This document shows positions 45,015-54,807 of a stretch of 64,000 nt of DNA, in pieces. Under the pieces are notes generated by a model. That model saw only the letters and a list, made by a program, of their open reading frames with translations. It was not told where the DNA came from and did no database searches. The DNA is taken from positions 3,840,001 to 3,904,000 of the forward strand of contig OY820905.2 in NCBI GenBank assembly GCA_963555755.3, read 5' to 3'. The position numbers and the translations under genes were made by a program. Position 1 is the first letter of the stretch; each line of letters starts with the position of its first letter. Source of the stretch: Nitrospirales bacterium. GTDB lineage: Bacteria > Nitrospirota > Nitrospiria > Nitrospirales > UBA8639.

Positions 45015-45968
45015 ATGAGCGAAATATTTACTCCTACAATTCTTGTGGCTGCATTTGCTTTTTTAACAGTAGTATTAGCTGTGGCTGGAACATCTTCGTT
45101 TTGGGAGACCAAACAGCAGGGGCAAGAGCTTAGAAGGCGTGTGAGCGGAAAAGGGGCCGTAAAAAACCAGGCGCAAGGGCAAAAGGTTGTTCAGAAAAGG
45201 GTTTTCGGTTTGTTGGAGTGGTTGGGTAAAACCTCTCAGTCGAAAGATTCTCAAGAGGTTACCTTTTTAAAAAAATCTCTTGTTCGCGCCGGCTACAGAG
45301 AAAAAAGGGCTCCTATGTATTTTTCGGGAGCTAAAATCATTCTTCTCCTGATAGGAGTCGTAATCTTCACATTGATTCATGTGTTCATTTTTCCTCTCCT
45401 CGAGACGCAATGGGTGTATGGATTGTATGGGGGTTTTGCTTTGCTCTTTTTTTATCTCCCGAATTTTTGGTTGAACATAAAGACCGGTAAACGGAAAGAT
45501 AATATTTCGAAGGCTATTCCTCCTACTCTCGATCTTCTGGTGGTTTGCGTAGAAGCAGGGCTGGGGTTGGATGCGGCCATCAAACGGGTAGGAGAAGAAA
45601 TTCAAATTGCTCACCAAGAATTGTATGAGGAATTTCAAATCTTGACTCTTGAATTGCGAGCTGGGCAATCAAGAATTACGGGATTGAAAAATTTGGCTGA
45701 TCGTACAAATCTAGATGAGATGAGGAGTTTAGTGGCATTGTTGGTCCAAACCGATCGGTTTGGAACCAGTTTGGCTCAAGCCCTACGAGTTCATGCGGAT
45801 ACGGTTCGAAAAACCCGACGCTTTAAAGCAGAGGAATATGCAGCAACCTTGCCGGTTAAATTAATGTTCCCAGTTGTATTATTTATTTTTCCCAGTCTCT
45901 TCTTGGTGTTATTGGGGCCGGCTGTGGTGCGAGGCATTCGGATTCTCTTGCCCACACTTGCCCAGTAA
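45015..45968 (+). CDS. tadC: TadC inner-membrane platform protein
   Basis: LDLLVVCVEAGLGLDAA, QTDRFGTSLAQALRV and KLMFPVVLFIFP. Confidence 0.92.
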   Translation: MSEIFTPTILVAAFAFLTVVLAVAGTSSFWETKQQGQELRRRVSGKGAVKNQAQGQKVVQKRVFGLLEWLGKTSQSKDSQEVTFLKKSLVRAGYREKRAPMYFSGAKIILLLIGVVIFTLIHVFIFPLLETQWVYGLYGGFALLFFYLPNFWLNIKTGKRKDNISKAIPPTLDLLVVCVEAGLGLDAAIKRVGEEIQIAHQELYEEFQILTLELRAGQSRITGLKNLADRTNLDEMRSLVALLVQTDRFGTSLAQALRVHADTVRKTRRFKAEEYAATLPVKLMFPVVLFIFPSLFLVLLGPAVVRGIRILLPTLAQ

Positions 45969-46031
45969 AATTCACAATGGGTTATGAAACAAATGGTCAA
46001 CACACAGAATCGCGAATTAGGGTATAAGTAA

Positions 46032-47012
46032 ATGTTAGAGTTGCGTTCATCCATCATTGGAAAATCTCCAGGCTTCGTGAAGGTGATGAGTTCTCTTCCA
46101 GCCTTGGCGGCCTCTGATGCCCCAATCATGGTTCTTGGAGAAACCGGGACCGGAAAAGAACTCATAGCCCAGGAAATTCATCAATATAGCCCAAGGGCAC
46201 CAAAAAACTTTTTCCCGATTAATTGCGCGGCTATTCCGAATGAACTTTTTGAAAGTGAACTTTTTGGATCTGCTAAAGGTGCCTTTACGGATTCTAAAAT
46301 GGAAAAGCCAGGAATTCTTCAAAGCATCGATGGCGGAACTCTGTTTTTGGATGAAATTGATTGCATAGATTTCAATACCCAAGCCAAGCTGTTACGATTT
46401 ATTCAAGAGGGTGAGTTTAAGCCCTTGGGATATTGTCGGAATATCAAGTCCGATATTCGCATTATCGCGTCTACCAATGCTGACTTAGGCCAAAAAATCA
46501 GGGATAAAAATTTCCGGGAAGACTTATTTTATCGCTTAAATGTTTTAAATATTACTCTCCCCCCACTTCGGGAGAGAATTGAAGATATCCCTCTCTTAGC
46601 GGATTATTTTTTGGAAAAATTTTCTTCTAAATACAAAAAATTAAATATGTCCTTAGCTCCAGAAACCATTCTTAGTTTTTTATCCTATGAGTGGCCAGGA
46701 AATATTAGGGAATTGGAGGGGATCATGGAACGCGCGATCCTTACGGCTCGCTCGACGTGTATTCAACCTCAAGACATTGTGTTTTCGATTCAAACTGATG
46801 AAAAGGCCTTCGGACAGGTCCCCTATTATGTTGCGAGAAATGAAGTGCTCGATCGCTTTGAGCGGTCCTATCTTCTTGTAACATTAAGGGCTTACGGTGG
46901 GAATGTATCGCGAGCTGCGGATGGGGCAGGTGTCGACCGACGAATATTGCAGAGGCTTCTTCGAAAACACCAAATTGACCGTTCGGAATTTTCCGAAAAG
47001 ATGTCTCCCTAA
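46032..47012 (+). CDS. Sigma54-dependent enhancer-binding protein lacking an N-terminal sensory domain
   Basis: GETGTGKE, ESELFG..GAFTD, LFLDE, FREDLFYRLN, WPGNIREL and a Fis-type HTH. Confidence 0.92.
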   Translation: MLELRSSIIGKSPGFVKVMSSLPALAASDAPIMVLGETGTGKELIAQEIHQYSPRAPKNFFPINCAAIPNELFESELFGSAKGAFTDSKMEKPGILQSIDGGTLFLDEIDCIDFNTQAKLLRFIQEGEFKPLGYCRNIKSDIRIIASTNADLGQKIRDKNFREDLFYRLNVLNITLPPLRERIEDIPLLADYFLEKFSSKYKKLNMSLAPETILSFLSYEWPGNIRELEGIMERAILTARSTCIQPQDIVFSIQTDEKAFGQVPYYVARNEVLDRFERSYLLVTLRAYGGNVSRAADGAGVDRRILQRLLRKHQIDRSEFSEKMSP

Positions 47013-47103
47013 TGCGATCAATTTTCCGTAGAGTTTGGATGTTTGGGATAAAAGGAAAAGACTGGAATAAAAATTCTTTTGGTTTTGCAATGAAAGGGGT
47101 TCC

Positions 47104-47580
47104 ATGCTGATAGAGCCATTAATAGGGGCAATGATAGGAGGGCTTGTTGCCTATTTTAAAAAAAGTCAAGAAGAGAAAATTGAGGACGACCATAGCAAGG
47201 TTGTTAGGCTAGGGGAATACTTTACCACACTTGCCGCTTACCTGCGAGAGATCCAAAAGGATTTAAGTCATGGGATTGTGCCCATCGAAGCTGGCAACAA
47301 AGTTAAGAGAACAATGGAAATTTTTTCAAAAAGTATTGAGAATATGGCAGGCACAAGCCAAAGCGCGCGTAAAGCATTACGTGATGACCATGAAGCAATG
47401 AGACAGTGTTTGACAGCCGGTACATTTCTGGAGGAAATGGTTCAAGGGAAAATCCTATATGCCAATAACGTAGAGCGTCGGGAAAAATTATATGACCTGG
47501 GGTGCACTGCGGCGAACCTTGAGAAAAGGGGGAACCAGCTTCTAGGTCATCCTCATTCAGGTATTCATCCCAGTGCCTAA
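47104..47580 (+). CDS. Hypothetical protein with N-terminal anchor
   Basis: 158-aa ORF with a hydrophobic N-terminus. Confidence 0.55.
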   Translation: MLIEPLIGAMIGGLVAYFKKSQEEKIEDDHSKVVRLGEYFTTLAAYLREIQKDLSHGIVPIEAGNKVKRTMEIFSKSIENMAGTSQSARKALRDDHEAMRQCLTAGTFLEEMVQGKILYANNVERREKLYDLGCTAANLEKRGNQLLGHPHSGIHPSA

Positions 47581-47942
47581 AACCGGGATTCCCCATTCAA
47601 TTGCCAAACATCTCTGTATTGGTTAAAACAAAACATCCGCTGATAACACGTCCGGCCAAAAATGCTTAAAATAGGCCGAGCCTTCCTGGCAACCATCAAT
47701 CGGATTTTCCTGGCAGTTCAGGTGGAGAATAAAAATTTTCAAAAGAATAAGGAATCCCAAAGACCACTTGGGTAATCTACTGGCCACATCAAATTGTTTA
47801 GGCTTCTAATATTCTCATCATATTACCACTATCTCAGGTTAAAATTCAGGGATCAATCGCAATTTTGGTGGAGTGAGAACTAGCCCATCGTTTGTTATTC
47901 TCGTGACGGGGTCCGCCCGGACCATAGCGCTACTCCACATAA

Positions 47943-48082
47943 GGGCACCTCTACAAACCAGGCATTTTGGTGAGGGCAAGGAAGCCGCGCGCGGAAAACC
48001 GGAGTGTATGGGCGAATACATGAGGATGTGAGCACGCGGCTGACGCCGGCATCACGGAAAAGGACGGTTTTTAGAGGTGCCC
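47943..48082 (+). mobile_element. MITE family B, copy 4
   Basis: 140 bp; flanks ATAA/ATTA. Confidence 0.85.
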
Positions 48083-48375
48083 ATTACATATTTCCGTTCG
48101 ACCTCCTCGCTTCGTCTTACGGATTTCCCGTAGCTGCAGCATCTCATGCGGTCTCTTCCTGACGTCAGTGGACATTGCTGCGGGGGGGGCACGATGAGAT
48201 CGTGCTGCAGCTATACAAGAAAGAAAGCCCCCACAAGGAGTATCCTACAGGGATAATGCGGTAATGCTGCTTGGATATTACGATAGCCTGTTCACACCAA
48301 AGGCCAAACTTTACCAAAATTTCAACTGGTCCAAATCCACAGGGTTCTGTTTCTGTGTACAAAATAGAATGCATG

Positions 48376-48610
48376 TGAAGTGTGACAAGTAAGTCGCACA
48401 GAGAGGGCCTTGATCTTGTGGGATTATTTTAGGAATTCCTTGTGAAGTTGTAAGGATGGTGCGACAAACCGTCCGCGGATCATTTTTATTGCGAATGCTA
48501 AGTCTTTAAAAAACAAAGGAAAATTTATCATCGTTTTGGCACAGAGATTGCTTGTTATATCGTGTAGAAGTTATTTATTAACAGTTTTAGGACGGATGGA
48601 GGTACATACC
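48376..48610 (+). promoter_or_regulatory. flp sigma54 promoter with two upstream palindromic activator sites
   Basis: TGGCACAGAGATTGC (48537-48551); GTGTGAC-N6-GTCGCAC (48380-48399); second site at ~48459. Confidence 0.8.
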
Positions 48611-48784
48611 ATGGTCAAGGCAATGGTAAGGTTTTTAAAAGATGAAGAAGGGGCCACCGCGATTGAGTATGGGCTTATTGCGGCGCTAATTTCTGTCGCT
48701 ATTATTATTGGCGCAGGCCTTGTTGGAACAGCGGTAAACACAACCTTTACGACTGTCGCTGGTAAAATGACTCCAGCTAATTAA
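48611..48784 (+). CDS. flp: Flp/Tad major pilin
   Basis: RFLKDEEG/ATAIEYGLIAALI; GGAGG RBS. Confidence 0.95.
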   Translation: MVKAMVRFLKDEEGATAIEYGLIAALISVAIIIGAGLVGTAVNTTFTTVAGKMTPAN

Positions 48785-49118
48785 AAAGCACTGGCGACCT
48801 TTAAGTAAGCGGGTTAAGGCCCTCTGGGATTTTTGGAGATGTTTTTCTGGAATCTTAGGGGGCCATCCCCTCCAAAATGGTTTACGAGCGAAATTCCCCT
48901 CCGAGCAACACACAGTCTTTTCCTTATCCCTCTGCGTAGTTATTCGTTCATATACACACCTGGGTTTATAGGTTTCATACTTTGGAAGACCAGATTCCTA
49001 TAATAAAGTTTGAAGGGAAACATAAATTTGGTCTTTGGTGAGTACTACCTAAATTGCGCATTTCGAAAGTCAAGAGAGGGGTGTACTCTATAAGAAAAAT
49101 CTACATTGGAGGGATAAT

Positions 49119-49952
49119 ATGTTACGACATCGGCTTACTCTGGGATTAGCTTTGGGAACCGGACTGTTCACCAGCATTTTTGCCTATAATGCCATGAATG
49201 ATGGAGCTATTGAAAAAACCGTTTCTCAGTCCATGCATGAGTATAATTTTCAATCAGTGGCTGTGGCCTCGACTGCTCTTCCTTGGGGAACGGTTTTTGC
49301 TGAGGAAATGGTCAAAGTTGTGGATTATCCGGATGGCAGTGTGCCAAGTGGCGCCTTTGCAGCGTATGATTCTTTGAAGGGCAGAGTTCTCTTATCCAAT
49401 CTTCAACCCAATGAACCTATTCTGGAGTCAAAACTCGCTCCTGAAAGCATGGAAACTGGTGGGGTTTCGGCGATTTTACATCCAGAAAAACGGGCAATGG
49501 CTGTTAAGGTCAATGAAGCTGTTGGTGTTGGTGGGTTTATGAAGCCTGGTGATAAGGTTGACGTTATGGTGACCATTGATAGGGGTGGAGAGAAAAAGAA
49601 AAAGATTATAACGAAGACTGTGCTGGAAAATATCTTGGTTTTAGCGAGTGGTATTCACATGGAGCGACAAGGTAAAGAAGAAGAAGCTGTTCCCGTCAAG
49701 TATATCACTTTAGAAGTGACTCCCAAGGAAGCTGAAAAGCTTGCTCTGGCTATCAATGAGGGGAATATCCGTTTTGCATTGAGAAGTCCGCTGAATTCTG
49801 ATCCGATTCTCACAAAAGGAGAAACGGTTCCATCCCTTTTGGACTCCTATACAGCTAAGAGAACTGCCAGGAAATATAAACCGCAAAGAAAGCAGAGGGT
49901 CGAAATCCTAAAAGGGGTTGAACTGAGTTCTGTTTCGGTTGTGAAGATGTAA
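49119..49952 (+). CDS. cpaB: CpaB/RcpC pilus assembly protein
   Basis: SAF-like N-terminal part; RAMAVKV..GVGGFMKPGDKVDV; TVLENILVLA; TLEVTP. Confidence 0.92.
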   Translation: MLRHRLTLGLALGTGLFTSIFAYNAMNDGAIEKTVSQSMHEYNFQSVAVASTALPWGTVFAEEMVKVVDYPDGSVPSGAFAAYDSLKGRVLLSNLQPNEPILESKLAPESMETGGVSAILHPEKRAMAVKVNEAVGVGGFMKPGDKVDVMVTIDRGGEKKKKIITKTVLENILVLASGIHMERQGKEEEAVPVKYITLEVTPKEAEKLALAINEGNIRFALRSPLNSDPILTKGETVPSLLDSYTAKRTARKYKPQRKQRVEILKGVELSSVSVVKM

Positions 49953-49995
49953 CTTCCTGTTTGTTATTCATATGTTTCTGATTCTCTTTCTGTAA

Positions 49996-51444
49996 CTACT
50001 CAGGTGTGATGATCTTTGTAGTGAATTGTGCAGGCATAAAGGGGTGGCCGATCATGGCTTGTGAAATGGCTTGCAGCATGTTGCCGCCCTGCTTTCTCGC
50101 GGTAGAAAGGTAGCTTCGTATGCGGGCGAACTGCCTCGCGCCTTGAAGCGTTCGAAAACACCCGGATATTTTGAGGCGGAGCTTGATCATGCGGATATCC
50201 TGTTCTGCCAGATTATTAGTGAAGGGAACCTGTCTGTCATGGAGGAACGCGAGCACGGAGGCTTCATGCTCGCCAAGACGGGTGAGGAGATTTTGGGCCT
50301 TGGTCTTTTTGGGCCGGCCTCGTGACTTTTTCTGTGGCGGTGCCGGAAGGGGGTTGGCCTGCCATCCGAGGGTGAGAAGATCCCTGTATTGTTTCAGCCA
50401 GGGGGTTTTCTGTTCTTCCGTTAACTGTGCGAGTTGCTTGCTGACAAACACGTTCATCGTCAGCAACAGGTCAAACATGTGTTTGGCCCATGGTTGTTCG
50501 TGCTGCTCGAACAGGCACGTGAGTTCCCGCAAATGATGGGCGTTACAGAGGCCGTGGGCACAGTCATAGGAGAGATAGGGTTTCCAGAAATCGTGGATCA
50601 GGCGGCCAGCAAAATCCGGGAGGATCTGGAACTGCTCGATCGCCTCTCTTCCCCGTTTGGCGTGCACACCGTAAAAGGTCAACGTGGCCGTGCTGGCACT
50701 GTGGAGCCAGTGGAGCGTCCCGGCCGTGCGGACGCCGCTTTCATCGGCATGGAGGATGGGACTCTTGCCGAGCGCTTCTTTGACCGCAGTCTCGAACGGC
50801 GCGAGGTGCTCATAACTTCGGCGGGAGGCCTCGTCAATGGTGGCGTCGCTGACCGAGGCGCCATACAGATCAGCCATCATCTGGCTGACACGGCGTAAGG
50901 GGATCAACTGTTGGTTCTGGAGGTAGACCAGGAGGCTGCGAAATCTGGGACCGTACTGTGCCGGCGCAGGCAGGTCATCAGGAAATGACGCCGTGACCGA
51001 GCGGCCGCATTGGGGGCAGGTTTTGATTGCTCCCCGATATTCGGTGACGTCGAGTTTTGGCTCCGGCAGTTCAAAGAGCTGCCGGCGTTCATAGCCGGTG
51101 ACCGTCTCGTTGGTGAGGTCGGCATGGCAGGAACAGGAGTGAACAGGCAGGTGGACCAGGTGGTCTGGGGTTTCCACCTGTTTTAACGTCTGGCCGGCAT
51201 GTCCCTGTTGGCCGCCCGGCTTTTTCCCGGAAGGTATGCGCAGGCTCTTGGTTCGGGGCTTGGCCGGTCCATCGGACGAGGGCGGTTTGCTGCTGTTGCG
51301 ACTGTGTTGGTCGAGCCGCTGTGCCAGTTCGGTGACATGCGTGGTCAGCGCCTGCCCCTGTTCCTGCAGCGCCAGGATCAGTTCGACGAGCGCCTCGGGG
51401 TTGCTCTTGGCCAGGATGAGGAGTGCGTCGCGGGTGAAGGTCAT
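49996..51444 (-). CDS. IS66-family transposase
   Basis: SRNSSKPPSSD, KKPGGQQGH, LHADESG, LCNAHHLREL and VPFTNNLAEQDIRMIK. Confidence 0.92.
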   Translation of the reverse strand: MTFTRDALLILAKSNPEALVELILALQEQGQALTTHVTELAQRLDQHSRNSSKPPSSDGPAKPRTKSLRIPSGKKPGGQQGHAGQTLKQVETPDHLVHLPVHSCSCHADLTNETVTGYERRQLFELPEPKLDVTEYRGAIKTCPQCGRSVTASFPDDLPAPAQYGPRFRSLLVYLQNQQLIPLRRVSQMMADLYGASVSDATIDEASRRSYEHLAPFETAVKEALGKSPILHADESGVRTAGTLHWLHSASTATLTFYGVHAKRGREAIEQFQILPDFAGRLIHDFWKPYLSYDCAHGLCNAHHLRELTCLFEQHEQPWAKHMFDLLLTMNVFVSKQLAQLTEEQKTPWLKQYRDLLTLGWQANPLPAPPQKKSRGRPKKTKAQNLLTRLGEHEASVLAFLHDRQVPFTNNLAEQDIRMIKLRLKISGCFRTLQGARQFARIRSYLSTARKQGGNMLQAISQAMIGHPFMPAQFTTKIITPE

Positions 51445-52328
51445 GGCTTGCTCCGGCAGAGGGCCTGTCGGAAGTGGCGGATGAGGGGATAGAGATAAAT
51501 TGCCTTCACCGGCACGCGCAGAGCCTTGTCACGGTCCTGCCGGGACCGGCCTTTGGTCTGCCCGACATAGAGCCAGTTCGCGGCCTGATAGCAGATACCT
51601 TTGAAGCGGTCTCGCTCCACAAAGGTCTCCACCAAGTGGACGGGATGGCCGTATTTCTCGATCCAGTCCTGCCGGAGACGTCTCATGACCCGGCCCAGGA
51701 GATGGCTGGCCAGATGCGGCACACGCACCCAGGGCAGGATGAGAAAGCGGGTATTGTTGGTCATGAAGTTGAGGTTGGCGGCTCGGGTGTCCGGCTCCCA
51801 GCCGATAAAGGTGTCGCGCGGGGTGGTTTTCCAGGCGGCGGAACCGAAGAGGAGGCAGGCCAGATCCTGCCCGGAGCGATCCCGCACCAGGTACTTGAGA
51901 TGTTCACCGACCGTTCGGGTGAACCCGAGGTAGTGATGGTGGCTCAGGTAATATCCCACACAACTGGCTTCGTAGGAATGTGAGGTTGGAATATGAATGG
52001 ACAGGGGCGTCAGGGTCTTGAGAGCTGCGTCGATGTGCGGGGCTTCGGGAGGCATAAACCCCTTTCGGAAAGGGGGGAAGATGTTGCGTCGAGAGGCGAC
52101 ACGAATCGGGGGCAGCTTCAGGAGCCCGCGATGTTCGAGTTTGTCGATCATGCTGCGGGCGGCAAAGGTTTTCAGTTGTCCGGACGGGGTCTGCCAGCCC
52201 CAGTGCCGACAAATATGCTGGGTTATTTTATGGCGGCTCCAGTCAGGGTGCCGGCAAACCAGATGGCGTAACCAGCACAGATCAGATTGGGGGAGGCGAC
52301 GACCTTGACATGTAATCGCTTCATTCAT
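51441..52328 (-). CDS. DUF4338 (Druantia DruA-like) domain protein
   Basis: HHYLG..GEHLKYLV, RDTFIGW, NNTRFLILPWV, LVETFVE..F.G.CYQAANW..VG.TKGR. Recognised by motif only. Confidence 0.75.
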   Translation of the reverse strand: MNEAITCQGRRLPQSDLCWLRHLVCRHPDWSRHKITQHICRHWGWQTPSGQLKTFAARSMIDKLEHRGLLKLPPIRVASRRNIFPPFRKGFMPPEAPHIDAALKTLTPLSIHIPTSHSYEASCVGYYLSHHHYLGFTRTVGEHLKYLVRDRSGQDLACLLFGSAAWKTTPRDTFIGWEPDTRAANLNFMTNNTRFLILPWVRVPHLASHLLGRVMRRLRQDWIEKYGHPVHLVETFVERDRFKGICYQAANWLYVGQTKGRSRQDRDKALRVPVKAIYLYPLIRHFRQALCRSKP

Positions 52329-52531
52329 GGCCCCGATTATGCCATGGGTGGAGCCGTTAGTCCAGAAAAAAATCAGGCTATAGAAAATTGACCTGAGTAG
52401 TTACCTCTTTCTTTACGTTCCTGGATTAACGAGTTTGTACTAGAGACTTATATTCTTCCAAGGAGATTGGGTCAAACGGTAAAAAAGAGCTTGGAAGGGA
52501 ATGATGAGTAAAAAGAAGTGGAAAGGCAGTT

Positions 52532-53089
52532 TTGAAAGTGTTCAAATTTAAAGTTGAAAATTTTTTATTGCTAATCCTTTTGACTAGTATGGTGGTGTTT
52601 ACCAGCCAGCATGGATGGGCTTCGACATTTTTGGAGAAAGAGTCTCTGCGAGGGCTGCCAGGAATTCTTTTAAAACCTTTGAATTTCATCTCTACACCAA
52701 TAAAAATAAATGGTGAGTTGCCAATTTCCCAGTTAACCGCGGAGATTGAAGCTGAATTTCGCTACGCAGGCATTCTACTTGACGAAAAAGCCTTTGAAAG
52801 CTCGAACGAACGCCCGTTCCTGGAGATTCAAGGTGCTGTGACTCAGATCGCTGCCAATCTTTATGCCTATACAATTATACTTGAACTCCACCAACAAGCC
52901 GCCTTGCTACGAAATGCCAGTCGGCCTTGGGTGGTAACATGGAGCCTTGGGTCACTCTCTACTGGTGACATTAAAAAATTCCAGGACCGCCTTCAGCTTC
53001 TCGTCCGTATGTTTATCCAGGACTATAAGGAGGTAAATGCCAGGCCTGCTCAGGCCCGGTCCATTTCCTGGATCCCTTCCAACTACTAA
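52532..53089 (+). CDS. Secreted hypothetical protein
   Basis: Signal-peptide-like N-terminus; 185 aa. Confidence 0.6.
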   Translation: MKVFKFKVENFLLLILLTSMVVFTSQHGWASTFLEKESLRGLPGILLKPLNFISTPIKINGELPISQLTAEIEAEFRYAGILLDEKAFESSNERPFLEIQGAVTQIAANLYAYTIILELHQQAALLRNASRPWVVTWSLGSLSTGDIKKFQDRLQLLVRMFIQDYKEVNARPAQARSISWIPSNY

Positions 53090-53129
53090 ATAGTTTTCTG
53101 CTTTCCGAGACCTTTCCCTTCGAAGGGAA

Positions 53130-54209
53130 TCAATCCTCCGTATGCGCACTGGGATGTATTTGCCATAAACTCCAATCAATGGCTTCACGGAGGTCTTGCA
53201 TGCGTGGATCCCTGGATCGAGATGTCCAGGCTTTCACTCCAAGTTGTTGGAGCGGATTCACCGATTGGTGGTCTGGAATTTTTCCGACGGCTTTCACGAT
53301 TTCCGTTTGAACCTGAAGATCGATTGTTGGCGAATCCATCATGGCCAACAGGGGCGGGAGGATGGTCATGTCGCCGCTATGGGCTCCGATCTCTCCTAAA
53401 GCCTGTGCCGCCGAGGCTTTGATTTCTGTGGAATCAGATTTCTTCAGGAGATCCAAAAGAAAGGGGGTGGCTGCCGTACCCATAAAACCCATGGCTCGAG
53501 TGGCATGGGGTGCAAGGTCCTGGTCGGACATGATGGTGTGTAGGGCCTGGAGCATCGTGGGGCTTGCCACTTTTTTGGCGAGTCGAAGAATGATTCGTTT
53601 GGTCGCCGGGCGGGTATTCTTTGACGTCAGGATTGCAGCCAGGCGTTTGGCTTGTTTCCACTCGGCCAGAAGTTCTAGGGGGAAATTGTGTTTTCGCAGG
53701 ACTTCACGGAGTTGACCCAAAGCATACAACCCGGAGTCCTTGTGCCCCTGAGTTTTGGCTGCTTGCCAGGCATCTTCAAATGGTGTGCGAACCTCTTGCC
53801 GCCAGGGGCCGATCTGACCATCAATACTGTACCTCAGTTGACAGGCAGGACCTTTCCACAGTCGGGAAGGAGCGCCCGGTTGATCGGCATCCCCGCCAAT
53901 GGTTGTCATGGCGACCGACGATCGGCGTTCCTCACATTTCACCTTGAGCACGACATCATGGGGTTTCGTGGCCCTCTCGACGACGGTCAGCCCAATAGTG
54001 TGGAGGCGGTCTGATATCACGCGTTGAATCGCATCGGAGTCAGTGGGACCCTTTTCTGTTAAGGCTAATGCCTGGATTCGAATATCTTGTGCGGTTCGCA
54101 GGTGTTCTCTCTGGTCGGGCGTGAGTGCATTTTGGCGGGCCAAGCTTTCAATGGGGGCAACTGTGGAAAACAAGGTGAACAGTAAAAGACAGGATAACGC
54201 CATTCTCAT
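53130..54209 (-). CDS. Secreted HEAT-repeat protein
   Basis: Likely start MRMALSCLLLF (signal peptide); ATRAMGFMG, AAQALGEIG and IVKAVGKI repeats. Confidence 0.75.
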   Translation of the reverse strand: MRMALSCLLLFTLFSTVAPIESLARQNALTPDQREHLRTAQDIRIQALALTEKGPTDSDAIQRVISDRLHTIGLTVVERATKPHDVVLKVKCEERRSSVAMTTIGGDADQPGAPSRLWKGPACQLRYSIDGQIGPWRQEVRTPFEDAWQAAKTQGHKDSGLYALGQLREVLRKHNFPLELLAEWKQAKRLAAILTSKNTRPATKRIILRLAKKVASPTMLQALHTIMSDQDLAPHATRAMGFMGTAATPFLLDLLKKSDSTEIKASAAQALGEIGAHSGDMTILPPLLAMMDSPTIDLQVQTEIVKAVGKIPDHQSVNPLQQLGVKAWTSRSRDPRMQDLREAIDWSLWQIHPSAHTED

Positions 54210-54432
54210 ATTTGATGTACTCCCTTTGGATAATAGCCAACATGGATTTCCTTTGAAGGAATGCTGCACTGGCGTCAATGTACCATAGGTGAGGCGTTGT
54301 CCGCACTTCATGAAACATGTGGGACCTTGTGTGGTTTGGCGCAGGATATGATCTGATTCGGCAGGGGTCAAGTGCCTACAGGAAAGCGCCGAAACAGGGA
54401 AGGACACAGAAACATTGTTCTCCAGAGGTTTG

Positions 54433-54807
54433 ATGGTCATGGTGATTTCTGAACAACAGGTGAATAGCGAAGTGATTATTGAGAAGATGGTCGGGCGGTT
54501 TGACCAGACTGCCTGCCAGGAATGAAAGTGGCGGATCGATCTGGCGATCAACGCCGGGTATTGCCATATTATATTGGATGTCACTGATATGACGTGTATT
54601 GATAGTGCGGCCTTGGGGTGGCTGGTGATCACGCAGCGAGAGTTTGGCCGGGTTCGTGGAAAGATGAGTCTGGTTGTCCGAGATGGGTTTGTCCGGGACA
54701 TACTTAACATAACGGAGATTGGCGAATGGTTGCCCGTGTTTCGAAGTCAAGAAGAAGCGGTCGCTGATTCACAGAATATGTCTGCCGAGGAGGTCAAATC
54801 TGAGTGA
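54433..54807 (+). pseudogene. STAS-domain anti-sigma-factor antagonist with in-frame TGA
   Basis: GRFD..IILDVTDMTCIDSAALGWLV; single stop at 54523-54525. Confidence 0.7.

Larger units (their letters stand above)
49992..52404 (-). mobile_element. IS66-family element carrying a DUF4338-like passenger gene
   Basis: TIR GTAACTACTCAGGT at both ends; perfect 8-bp TSD CTCTTTCT. Confidence 0.9.

Noticed and set aside
47860..47880. TGGTGGAG as a tRNA 3'-end att remnant
   Set aside because: Too short, with no T-arm similarity.
48536..48610. TTG-start extension of flp
   Set aside because: It overlaps the sigma54 promoter; the RBS supports ATG 48611.
54523..54525. Selenocysteine codon in the STAS gene
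   Set aside because: Not a redox motif position, and no SECIS-like hairpin was recognised.
54210..54710. N-terminal 167 codons of the 526-aa ORF
   Set aside because: Overlaps the STAS gene on the other strand; the signal peptide begins at 54209.
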